Source of the DNA: Flavobacteriales bacterium | GTDB taxonomy: Bacteria > Bacteroidota > Bacteroidia > Flavobacteriales > Flavobacteriaceae | Length of the DNA: 64,000 bases | Direction of reading: 5' to 3' | Assembly: GCA_026996605.1 (NCBI GenBank) | Contig: JALWLE010000141.1 | Coordinates: 3,086-67,085, forward strand | In this document: piece by piece, positions 20,292-28,926 of the stretch | How positions within the stretch are numbered: position 1 is the first letter of the stretch | Layout of the letters: the number at the start of each line of letters is the position of its first letter | Program-made: the position numbers and the translations under genes | Notes under the pieces: model-generated | The model's database searches: none | Seen by the model: only the letters and a program-made list of their open reading frames with translations | What the model was told of the DNA's origin: nothing

Positions 20292-20579
20292 GTAGAGACG
20301 AATTGCAATTCGTCTCTATGAAAAATACGAATGTAGAGACACACAATTGTGCGTCTGATATAGGAAGCGCGTAGAGACGTTTTGGTAAAACGTCTGAATT
20401 GAAAATTGAAAATGAAAAATTGAAAATTAATAACGTAGAGACGTTGCACCGCAATGTCTGAAAATCAAAAATCGAAAATCTGAAATGAATAATACATCGG
20501 ACATCCGACATCGCTCATCGGACAAATCATCCGACATCAATTAACCAAATAACCGGTATAACCAAATAACCAAAAATAA
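20292..20579 (+). repeat. REP/BIME-like mosaic at junction 4
   Basis: Four hairpins at 20292-20317, 20333-20359, 20371-20398 and 20435-20463. These are followed by heptamer tracts and a CA-rich tract ending at ATG 20580. Confidence 0.9.
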
Positions 20580-20972
20580 ATGACAGAATTTAACGACTTG
20601 TTCATCAAATATAAAGATCTGATAACCATTGCGGTTTACGGGACGGCTATAATGTTGATTTTGATTGGCTTATATGCCGTATTGCTCAAAAAACATTTGG
20701 TAAAAATAGTCATCGGCTTATCTATTATTGATGCCGGTGTGCATTTGCTTTTTGTAGCGGTGGGCTATATTCAAAATGGTACGGCACCCATCTTTTCACC
20801 CGGCAATGAACATGCTGCGAGTAAAATGGTTGACCCTGTTCCGCAAGCATTGGTATTGACGGCAATCGTTATTGGTTTTGCCGTAACGGCTTTGGCTTTG
20901 TCCTTGGTTATTCGATTATACAAGCATCATCATACAGCAAATATTGATCAAATAAAATCATTGAAATGGTAA
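20580..20972 (+). CDS. MrpC/MnhC (NuoK-like) subunit
   Basis: 130 aa, 3 TM. DPVPQALVLTAIVIGFAVTA motif. Confidence 0.8.
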   Translation: MTEFNDLFIKYKDLITIAVYGTAIMLILIGLYAVLLKKHLVKIVIGLSIIDAGVHLLFVAVGYIQNGTAPIFSPGNEHAASKMVDPVPQALVLTAIVIGFAVTALALSLVIRLYKHHHTANIDQIKSLKW

Positions 20973-22447
20973 TTAGTCCGGTTCATTATATCGTAGCGCC
21001 TTTGTTGGCGGCTTTTGCAATTCCGTTGCTCACCAAGCTTTATAAAGATGCGGCGCGTGTGGTGCCGGGAATTGTCTTGTTTTACAATGTCATAATTTCC
21101 TTTGTGTTGATGCAGCAAGTATCGCAAACCGGAATGATTAGCGAAGTGCTTGCCGGTTGGCGTCCGCCTTGGGGCATCAATTTGGTTTTGACACCTTTTA
21201 CGGCATTTTTGGCGACAATGATATCGGTTTTGGGTTTTATCATTTGGCTTTACGGCTTCCGCTTTAAGCGAACATTGAAGGGTGGGGTTGTCAAGCATTA
21301 CGAAATACTGCAAATGATGATGGTTGCCGGTTCTATTGGGGTGATTATTACCGGTGACTTGTTCAATATGTTTGTGTTTATCGAAATTGTCGGTATTACA
21401 GCCTATTCACTTACAGCATTTTACCGGGAGAGAAACGGTGCCGAAGCAGGTTTTAAATATTTATTAATCGGAAGTTTGGCTTCTACATTTCTGTTATTAG
21501 CTATTTTGATTATTTATACACAAACCGGCACGCTTAATATGGCGCAAATTGCTGAAAGAATGGCTTTTGTTCCGCATACAATGAAAGTAACCGCCTTAAT
21601 ATTTTTCTTAATAGCCTTGGGTATTGAAGCTGAAATGTTTCCGCTCAATGCTTGGGCACCGGATGCTTACGAGCAAGCACCTTCGCCAACAAGTGCCACC
21701 TTTGCTGCAGTGGTTTCCATAGCAGGCGTGTATGCTTTGGTTCGGGTATTGTTTACTTTGTTTGACGTATCAGGCGTGCATAATTATTTGATTGTAATGG
21801 GGTTTGTAACGATGTTGGTAGCGGAAATTACCGCTATTGCACAAAAAAATCTCAAACGAATGTTGGCTTATTCCAGTATCGGTCAAGTGGGCTTGGTATT
21901 GATTGCCTTTGGTATCGGTAGCAAGTTGGCGGTGTTTGGTGCAATATTTTTGATGCTCAATCATGCAGTTATTAAGTCCTTACTGTTTATGACAGGTAGT
22001 TATTTTATCTATAATGCTGATGACAAACGTTTGATTGGCTTAAACGGTATGCACAAACAGTTGCCTTATGTATCCGCTTTGTTTTCATTGGCTGCCTTTG
22101 CCATAGTGGGCTTTCCGCCTTTTTCAGGATTTTGGAGTAAATTTTATATCCTGATTTCGGCATCCGACCAAAAAATGATGTATCTGATTATTGGTATTTT
22201 GTTGGTAACGATTATCGAATTGGTTTACTATTTACGGGCAGTCGGACGTATTTATTTTGCCAAAGAAGAAATGGAAGACGTTGCACATCGTCCGTCTGTC
22301 AATGCTTTGGTGGCGATGTCATTATTAGCTTTGTTTATCATTGTAGTCGGTGTTTATCCCGATATTGTTACCGGCTATCTCAATGATGCCGCTAGTGCGT
22401 TATTAGATAAAGCGCATTATATTCAACAAATTTTAGGAAGTAAATAA
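20966..22447 (+). CDS. MrpD/NuoM/N-like proton/sodium-translocating antiporter-type subunit (MbxH position)
   Basis: 493 aa, about 14 TM. Conserved AYSSIGQVG and LNHAVIKSLLFM motifs. Overlaps the upstream gene by 7 nt. Confidence 0.8.
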   Translation: MVISPVHYIVAPLLAAFAIPLLTKLYKDAARVVPGIVLFYNVIISFVLMQQVSQTGMISEVLAGWRPPWGINLVLTPFTAFLATMISVLGFIIWLYGFRFKRTLKGGVVKHYEILQMMMVAGSIGVIITGDLFNMFVFIEIVGITAYSLTAFYRERNGAEAGFKYLLIGSLASTFLLLAILIIYTQTGTLNMAQIAERMAFVPHTMKVTALIFFLIALGIEAEMFPLNAWAPDAYEQAPSPTSATFAAVVSIAGVYALVRVLFTLFDVSGVHNYLIVMGFVTMLVAEITAIAQKNLKRMLAYSSIGQVGLVLIAFGIGSKLAVFGAIFLMLNHAVIKSLLFMTGSYFIYNADDKRLIGLNGMHKQLPYVSALFSLAAFAIVGFPPFSGFWSKFYILISASDQKMMYLIIGILLVTIIELVYYLRAVGRIYFAKEEMEDVAHRPSVNALVAMSLLALFIIVVGVYPDIVTGYLNDAASALLDKAHYIQQILGSK

Positions 22448-22451
22448 GATT

Positions 22452-24302
22452 ATGGAAATGAACAGTTTAGCTATCATATTAGGCGTACTTTTTACCGGCA
22501 GTATTTTGACGTTCAGCATTGATACATTCAATCGAAAACTCACCGGATGGACAGCATTTGCAACGCTTCTTATTGCTACAATATATTTTTATACCACTGG
22601 AAATGATGCTGATTTTAGTTTACAAATTGGTGGGATAACCTTAAAATGGGGACTATCGGCATTTCGCCTATTTTTCATAAATATCGTATTGATATTGGGT
22701 GTTTTAGCACTACTTTATTCCATCGGATATATGAAAGGAAAAGCCCGTTTGGGCTATTTTTACGCATCCTTTGTAATGACGATTTTAGGAATGTTCGGTG
22801 TAGTTATCAGTAAAGATTTCGTGTCCCTATTTATCTTTTGGGAAATTATGACTTGGTCGTCCTTCCTATTGATTATTTACAATGCCTATTACAAGATTAA
22901 AACAGAAGGACTGAAATATATGGTTTTTAGCGCTATCGGTGCGTATGCAATGCTGACAGCTATCGTTTTTATTTATCATTTTTACGGCACATTTGATATA
23001 GCCGAAGCGATGCAGAAAGGTGTCTTTTCGTTTGAAAATCACGCTTTTATACCCATATTTTTGGCATTGGGATTTGCCATAAAAGCCGCCGTGATGCCCT
23101 TTCACGTATGGGCACCTTCGGGTTATGCTAACAGTCCGATGTCATTTACATCAGTATTTTCTGGTGCAATGTCCAAAATGGGCGTGTTTGGACTCTTGTT
23201 GATTTTTGCAACTTATTACACATCTCATACACCGGGTGCTTATGTGTTCACGCAAATTCTGGCGTGGATGGGTGGTATTACCGCTGTGATGGGGACTATT
23301 TACGCACTCATACAAAACGATGCCAAAAAATTGTTGGCATATTCATCTATTGCACAATTAGGATACATTGTAGTGGCACTGTCCACAGGAACCAAATTGG
23401 GCGTAATGGCAGCCCTGTTTTTAGCGGTATTACACGCTGCCTTTAAAGGCGCCTTGTTTATGGTAGCAGGTGCGGTCGAAAAGCAAGCCGGCACTACGGA
23501 TATGACCAAAATTTCGGGTTTAATCAGAAAAATGCCATGGACGTTTTTTGTTGCCTTGGTTTCTGTTATTTCATTGGCTGGTGTGCCACCACTTGGGGGA
23601 TTTATCGGAAAATGGCTCTTATATGAAGCTTTGATTACCGAAAGTCATAACTATTTCTTGGTCATTGTGATATTTTTTTCATCGACAGCGGCATTTTTGT
23701 ATGCTTACCGATTTTTATTCGGATTATTTTTAGGACAAGAGGAAAAAGAAACAGAAAATGTAAAAGAAGCCCCTTTGACGATGCTCGTTCCGATGATTGT
23801 TTTGGCATTGGTTTCTATCATTACAGGTGCGATGCCCGGATTGATTTTTAAACCGGCAGCCGTAGCGATGCGAGATATCGGCTTTTCATCTATGGATTGG
23901 CAAATGTCCACATTATCAAATGTTTGGGGTAATAATGTAGATGTCAGTTTGATTGGTGCATTTATAGGTATTGTTTTCGTTTTGATTTTTGCATTTTTGA
24001 CATTAAAAGGACGTAAAACAACCCGTAAAGTTGGCACCAAAGAAATTTCCAGTTCAGGAGAATTGTGGAAAGAAGGCGAGAATTGGACCTTTCAACAAGA
24101 TTTTTTCAAACCCTTTGAACGCGCCGCATCGCCTTTATACAAGTTGAAAATGAACAAAATATGGGAAGATTTGGGTAATGCATTAGAAGCATTCTTTAAT
24201 TTTTTCAGACGCATATATACCGGCAATGGACAGACGTATGCGATGTATGTTGTGGGATTTCTTGTTTTGTTGATTTTGTTTAGAGATTATATATTTAAGT
24301 AG
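22452..24302 (+). CDS. Second antiporter-type subunit, NuoL/MrpA/MrpD-like with C-terminal extension (MbxH' position)
   Basis: 616 aa. FWEIMTWSSF, AYSSIAQLGY and LHAAFKGALFM motifs. An extra ~130-aa tail ends in a TM helix. Confidence 0.8.
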   Translation: MEMNSLAIILGVLFTGSILTFSIDTFNRKLTGWTAFATLLIATIYFYTTGNDADFSLQIGGITLKWGLSAFRLFFINIVLILGVLALLYSIGYMKGKARLGYFYASFVMTILGMFGVVISKDFVSLFIFWEIMTWSSFLLIIYNAYYKIKTEGLKYMVFSAIGAYAMLTAIVFIYHFYGTFDIAEAMQKGVFSFENHAFIPIFLALGFAIKAAVMPFHVWAPSGYANSPMSFTSVFSGAMSKMGVFGLLLIFATYYTSHTPGAYVFTQILAWMGGITAVMGTIYALIQNDAKKLLAYSSIAQLGYIVVALSTGTKLGVMAALFLAVLHAAFKGALFMVAGAVEKQAGTTDMTKISGLIRKMPWTFFVALVSVISLAGVPPLGGFIGKWLLYEALITESHNYFLVIVIFFSSTAAFLYAYRFLFGLFLGQEEKETENVKEAPLTMLVPMIVLALVSIITGAMPGLIFKPAAVAMRDIGFSSMDWQMSTLSNVWGNNVDVSLIGAFIGIVFVLIFAFLTLKGRKTTRKVGTKEISSSGELWKEGENWTFQQDFFKPFERAASPLYKLKMNKIWEDLGNALEAFFNFFRRIYTGNGQTYAMYVVGFLVLLILFRDYIFK

Positions 24303-24305
24303 CAA

Positions 24306-24654
24306 GTAGAGACGTACGGTCGTGCGTCTGATGAGGGATAAGAGATAAATTAGTGGAAAGTGGAAAGCGTAGAGACGAATTGCAATTCGTCTCTGTGGAA
24401 AAAGAAAAATATGTAGAGACGCACGGTCGTGCGTCTGATGTAGAAATTGTGTAGAGATGTTTTGGTAAAACGTCTAAATAGAAATTTAAAATTGATAATG
24501 TAGAAACGTTGCACGCAACGTCTGAAAAATATGCAATGAATAGTGAGATTTCTCACTACGTTCGAAATGACAGGCGTTGTCATTCCGACAGAGCGACGAA
24601 GGAGCGACGAGGAATCTCAAATAACCAAATAACCGATTAACCAAATAACCAGAA
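24306..24654 (+). repeat. REP/BIME-like mosaic at junction 7, including an X element
   Basis: Five hairpins at 24306-24333, 24369-24394, 24413-24440, 24451-24475 and 24500-24527. X element at 24545-24618. CA-rich tract at 24619-24654 abuts ATG 24655. Confidence 0.9.
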
Positions 24655-25608
24655 ATGATATTAACAATCAAAATATTAGGCGCATTACTAACCGCAATCT
24701 TGGCTTTTACAGTCGGGATGTTTTACGGTGGTTTACGACGTAAGATTACGGCGCGTGTACAAAATCGTGTAGGACCGCCGGTTTACCAGAATTTTTTAGA
24801 TTTAATGAAATTGCAAGCCAAAGAAACCAATATTGCGCACGGTTTTATGGGGCATATGGCACCAATGTGGATTATCATAGCGGCGATGACTGTTTTGATG
24901 TTTATTCCCGTCTTGCACAACGGTTTATGGTTTGACAATTTAACCTTTAAAGGCGATTTGATTTTCATCCTTTATATGATGGTCTTTGGGTCATTGGGAA
25001 TGGCATTAGGTGCCGGACAATCCGGTAATCCCAATTCGGCAATTGGTGTAACTAGGGGTTTGGCAATGATGGTGGGTTATGAAATTCCGTTTGTGTTGTC
25101 ACTGGTAGCCATTATGATACAATTTCATACGACATCCTTGCAAGATTTAATGCAATACCAACAAGAAACCGGTAGATGGATTATTATGGAGAATCCCTTT
25201 GCATTTCTAGCGGCATTATTATCTTCCTTGGGAATGTTTCGCTATTCGCCTTTTGATATTGTAGGCGCACCGGCAGAATTGGCATCGGGACCGGTATCGG
25301 AATTCGGTGGCAAATATCTCGGAACAATGATGAGTGGTGGTGCTGTGTTTGCCTTTATCAAATTGGTTTTGTTTGTCGATATTTTCTTGGGAGGCGCCGG
25401 TAATACGGAATTAGAAGGTATTCTAGGCACATTAGCAGGATTAGGTGAATTGTTATTAAAAACATTTTTGTTTTATATGATTCCCGTTTTTATCGGATTA
25501 GTTAGTCCCAGATTTAGAACCGAACAAGCCATTCGATTTTTTTGGAAATGGCCAACGTTTTTAGGGATTTTAGCAATTGTTTGGGCGTTGTATCATCCTA
25601 TTCGTTAA
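24655..25608 (+). CDS. NuoH/MbhM/HyfC-like membrane subunit
   Basis: RKITARVQNRVGPP motif and about 8 TM helices. Confidence 0.8.
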   Translation: MILTIKILGALLTAILAFTVGMFYGGLRRKITARVQNRVGPPVYQNFLDLMKLQAKETNIAHGFMGHMAPMWIIIAAMTVLMFIPVLHNGLWFDNLTFKGDLIFILYMMVFGSLGMALGAGQSGNPNSAIGVTRGLAMMVGYEIPFVLSLVAIMIQFHTTSLQDLMQYQQETGRWIIMENPFAFLAALLSSLGMFRYSPFDIVGAPAELASGPVSEFGGKYLGTMMSGGAVFAFIKLVLFVDIFLGGAGNTELEGILGTLAGLGELLLKTFLFYMIPVFIGLVSPRFRTEQAIRFFWKWPTFLGILAIVWALYHPIR

Positions 25609-25621
25609 AAATTAAAAGTGT

Positions 25622-25826
25622 GTAGAGACGAATTGAAATTCGTCTCTGTGGAAAGTTAAAAGTTGAATGTAGAGACGTTTTGGTAAAACGTCTGAATTGA
25701 AAATTGAAAATGGATAATTAATAAATAACATCCGACATCGGTCATCCGACAATCAATAAACCAGTATCATCAAATAACCCCTGATGAGAATCGGGGTAAG
25801 CAAATAACCACATAACCGAAAATAAA
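25622..25826 (+). repeat. REP/BIME-like mosaic at junction 8
   Basis: Hairpins at 25622-25647 and 25669-25696. ACATCSG-like tract. CA-rich tract with embedded hairpin cccctgatgagaatcgggg, ending at ATG 25827. Confidence 0.85.
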
Positions 25827-26480
25827 ATGACAAATAATCCGGACAAAAATATCAAAACACTCGGCATACCAACCGAAGATGAAATTCGTCAAGCGCAGAT
25901 TGAATTTGCGCCGCGTTGCACATCAGCCGGGCGGGTCAATGATAAGGAAACGCAAAAAATGGTGCAATATATTTTGAACTTTGCTCGTAAGCATTCATTG
26001 TTTGTCTTAGCTTATGGCACTGGTTGTGGCGCTATTGAAATTCCGGCAACGATGACATCCCGTTACGATGCGGAACGCTTTGGAATTCGCGGGGCGGCAA
26101 CCCCTAGGCAAGCAGATGTCTTGCTGATTACCGGTTACCTATCCACCAAAACCTTAAAAAGAGTTATCCGCGTGTATGAGCAAATGCAAGACCCTAAATA
26201 TGTCATTGCTTTTGGTTCGTGTACCATTAACGGTGGGATGTATTTTGACAGTTATAATACTATCAAAGCGCTCGACCGGTATTTACCGGTAGATGTATAT
26301 ATCGCAGGATGTATGCCGCGTCCCGAAAGTGTGATTAAGGGCTTTATCAAATTACAAGAATTAATACAAAACGGCAATGCCGGCGGTGGCAAATGTTATC
26401 GCGATAATTTGGAATGGTATCGTGCCAATCAACAAAAAGTAATCAAAAATTGGGATTTTCCCGATGAGTATAATTGGTAA
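25827..26480 (+). CDS. NuoB/MbhJ-like [4Fe-4S] small subunit
   Basis: GTGCGAIE...RQADVLLITG...GSCTINGG...GCMPRPE. The first motif has a single Cys where NuoB has CC. Confidence 0.8.
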   Translation: MTNNPDKNIKTLGIPTEDEIRQAQIEFAPRCTSAGRVNDKETQKMVQYILNFARKHSLFVLAYGTGCGAIEIPATMTSRYDAERFGIRGAATPRQADVLLITGYLSTKTLKRVIRVYEQMQDPKYVIAFGSCTINGGMYFDSYNTIKALDRYLPVDVYIAGCMPRPESVIKGFIKLQELIQNGNAGGGKCYRDNLEWYRANQQKVIKNWDFPDEYNW

Positions 26481-26487
26481 GTGAAAC

Positions 26488-26522
26488 GATGATATGGTTA
26501 TTTGTTGATATGGTTATATGAT
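26488..26522. repeat. TG-rich tract, the inverted counterpart of the AAATAACC/ATATCATC tracts
   Basis: gatgatatggttatttgttgatatggttatatgat is complementary to 26920-26965 downstream of the four-helix-bundle gene. Confidence 0.7.
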
Positions 26523-26547
26523 AGTTGAACAGAAAAAAGGATATTGA

Positions 26548-26913
26548 ATGAAACGACAATTTTCTTTTGAAAAATTAGAAGTTTGGCAAAATGCAATTGA
26601 TTTATCGATTGATGTTTATCAATTGACGAAAGATTTTCCGGATGAAGAAAAATTTGTTTTAGTTAATCAAATGAGGAGAGCAGCCTTATCCATTTCGTCA
26701 AATATTGCAGAAGGAAACGGTAGAGAAACAAATAACGATCAAGCCAGATTTACAACAATGGCATACGGCAGTCTGATGGAATTATTAAACCAATTGATTT
26801 TTTCCTATAAATTAGGATATATATCAGAAAATCAATTAGACGAATTAAGAGATAAGATTAATCTTATTTCAAACCAATTAAACAGATTAAGAAAATATCA
26901 AAAAAACAGATAA
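26548..26913 (+). CDS. Four-helix-bundle protein (23S rRNA intervening-sequence / Avd-like family) inserted inside the operon
   Basis: 121 aa. FEKLEVWQNAIDL...QMRRAALSISSNIAEGNGR...SLMELLNQL pattern of the S23-IVS family. Confidence 0.8.
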   Translation: MKRQFSFEKLEVWQNAIDLSIDVYQLTKDFPDEEKFVLVNQMRRAALSISSNIAEGNGRETNNDQARFTTMAYGSLMELLNQLIFSYKLGYISENQLDELRDKINLISNQLNRLRKYQKNR

Positions 26914-26919
26914 CCTATT

Positions 26920-27044
26920 AACCAATATCATCAAATAACCAGTTAACCAATATCATCAAATAACCCCCGACAATAGTTGGGGTAAGCAGATAATCAAATA
27001 ATCAGTATAACCAGTTAACCGATTAACCAAATAACCAATAAGAA
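26920..27044 (+). repeat. CA-rich AAATAACC/ATATCATC tract array with embedded small hairpin, abutting ATG 27045
   Basis: aaccaatatcatcaaataacc occurs twice, then cccccgacaatagttgggg, then ataaccagttaaccgattaaccaaataacc. Confidence 0.85.
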
Positions 27045-27602
27045 ATGCAAGAAAACATATTAAATCAACTCAAAAAAGTCTTTAAAATTGATGGCGAGAT
27101 AAAAACGCCAATGCGAATAAAAATCGTAGCAGACAAGGACTTGGTGTCGAGTATTTTGCTTTATTTAAAAAATCAGATGGGTTTTATCCACTTGAATCAT
27201 ATGTCTTGTGTGGATTGGATTGAGGACAATAAATTTGAGTTGGTGTATATCGTTTGGCATCCGGAACAAAAGCAAACCGTTTTGGTGCATACGTTTATCG
27301 ACAGGAATAATCCGGTAATGGAAAATATAGATACGATATGGGATCAAGCCAATACCTACGAAAGGGAAATGCGAGAGATGTATGGAATAGAATTTCCCGG
27401 ATTGATAGGCGCTAAAGAATTTATTTTAGAAGATTGGCAAGAAATGCCCCCGATGCGACGTGATTTTGATACGAAAAAATATGCACAAGAAACCTATGAA
27501 ACGCGTCCCGGAAGAGAAAACGCCCGTGATGTAAGAGAAGAATTGATGAAACGAAGCGGCGAAGAATTACCGGATTTTGCGAAAAAGTATTCTAGGGATT
27601 GA
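27045..27602 (+). CDS. NuoC/MbhK-like subunit
   Basis: ANTYEREMREMYGIEFPG signature (ERE..D/E.GI.F). Confidence 0.8.
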   Translation: MQENILNQLKKVFKIDGEIKTPMRIKIVADKDLVSSILLYLKNQMGFIHLNHMSCVDWIEDNKFELVYIVWHPEQKQTVLVHTFIDRNNPVMENIDTIWDQANTYEREMREMYGIEFPGLIGAKEFILEDWQEMPPMRRDFDTKKYAQETYETRPGRENARDVREELMKRSGEELPDFAKKYSRD

Positions 27603-27642
27603 GTGTTTAGTGGAAACCGGAAAAGTGCTAAGTGGAAAGTGC

Positions 27643-27792
27643 GTAGAGACGTTTTGGCAAAACGTCTGAATTGAAAATTGAAAATGGATAATTGACAACG
27701 TAGAGACATTGCAAGCAACGTCTAAAAAATCTGAAATCTGAAATCGCAAATCTGAAATATAAAATCAAATAACCGATTAACCAAATAACCAA
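27643..27792 (+). repeat. REP/BIME-like mosaic at junction 11
   Basis: Hairpins at 27643-27670 and 27700-27727. AAATCTG heptamers. CA-rich tract ending at ATG 27793. Confidence 0.85.
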
Positions 27793-28896
27793 ATGTTAGA
27801 AAAAGAAACAACCTTATATTTAGGACCACAGCACCCGGGGATTACCGGAAATATGATGATAAAGCTCAAAGTCAAAGGCGATGTGGTAACACAAGCCGAA
27901 ACGCACGTTGGGTATTTGCATCGGGCTTTTGAGAAACTGATTGAAGGACGCAATTGGTTACAATCCTTTACGTTATTGTGCCGTTTTTGTGTACCGGAGC
28001 CGGACCCTATGGAACTGACATATGCACGTGCCGTAGAGCAAATCGAAGGGCGTGAAGTACCGCCACGTGCTAAATATATCCGGACTATCGTTGCGGAATT
28101 AGCTCGTATTCAATCGTTTTTGTTGTGGTATGGCGGTCAATCCGGTTCGAGTGGTTTATACACATTGGGACAATGGAGTGTCGGAGACAGAAACTATATT
28201 CTCGACTTATTTGAAGATCTGACCGGTGCACGAATTTATCATATGTATATGTGGCCCGGTGGTGTGCGTCGCGATTTGCCGGAAGGTTGGGTTGATAAGG
28301 CATATAAGACGATGGATTATCTGGAAAAACGATTAGATGATTACAATAAATTATTATTTGACAATGCCATTTTTCAAAAACGGGCACAAGGTGTCGGCAT
28401 TATCCCCAAAGATAAAGCCATAGAATGGGGCGTTGTAGGCGCACCGTTGCGTGGCACCGGTATTAAGCACGATGTGCGTATCGATGAACCTTACGAAGCT
28501 TACTCCGATTTGGATTTTGTTGTGCCAACTTACGAAGGAGGTGACGTGTGGGCAAGAGCACTCGTTCGTAGAGATGAGATTAAGCAATCTATAAGTATTA
28601 TCAGACAAGCTCTGGATAAAATGCCGGGCGGTAGTTATTACAATCGTATTCCAAACCCGATGAAATGGACGGTTCCGGCAGGAGAAGCTTGGGTAAAAAC
28701 CGAAAGTGTCCGTGGCGAAATAGGATTTTATGTGGTCAGTGATGGTAGCAACAAACCAAGACGGGTACATTTGAAAGGTGCTGCTTATACACACGGTGTT
28801 AGTGTGTTGGAAAAAATATTGCCCGGACAGAATATTGCCGATGTATCATTTATTTTGAATTCGTTAGGCGTTTGTCCCCCGGAGATTGAGAGGTAG
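27793..28896 (+). CDS. NuoD / group-4 [NiFe]-hydrogenase-large-subunit-like protein with an incomplete Ni-Fe ligand signature (MbxL/MbsL-like)
   Basis: GPQHPGITG start. HVGYLHRAFEKL. LLCRFCVPEPDP where hydrogenases have RxCGxCxxxH. C-terminus LGVCPPEIER where hydrogenases have DPCxxCxxR. Confidence 0.8.
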   Translation: MLEKETTLYLGPQHPGITGNMMIKLKVKGDVVTQAETHVGYLHRAFEKLIEGRNWLQSFTLLCRFCVPEPDPMELTYARAVEQIEGREVPPRAKYIRTIVAELARIQSFLLWYGGQSGSSGLYTLGQWSVGDRNYILDLFEDLTGARIYHMYMWPGGVRRDLPEGWVDKAYKTMDYLEKRLDDYNKLLFDNAIFQKRAQGVGIIPKDKAIEWGVVGAPLRGTGIKHDVRIDEPYEAYSDLDFVVPTYEGGDVWARALVRRDEIKQSISIIRQALDKMPGGSYYNRIPNPMKWTVPAGEAWVKTESVRGEIGFYVVSDGSNKPRRVHLKGAAYTHGVSVLEKILPGQNIADVSFILNSLGVCPPEIER

Positions 28897-28926
28897 CTAG
28901 CGCGAGTTAAAAGTTGATAGTTGGAA

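Noticed and set aside
18130-20544. Short uORFs inside two mosaics with an identical N-terminus: MNNTSDIRHQITSIIR* at 18130-18180 and MNNTSDIRHRSSDKSSDIN* at 20485-20544.
   Set aside because: The ATG arises from the end of the AAATCTG tract. The shared residues come from the repeated ACATCSG DNA. The lengths and ends differ, and other mosaics lack the ATG. They could matter for translational coupling, but there is no evidence that they are genes.
17955-25647. GAGACG / CGTCTC (the Esp3I/BsmBI type IIS recognition sequence) occurs as an inverted pair in every class-1 hairpin. This raised the question of an engineered Golden-Gate-like construct.
   Set aside because: The sites are part of degenerate, variably mutated natural repeats embedded in long native context. 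The other classes have CGTCTG on one side. There are no vector-like features anywhere.
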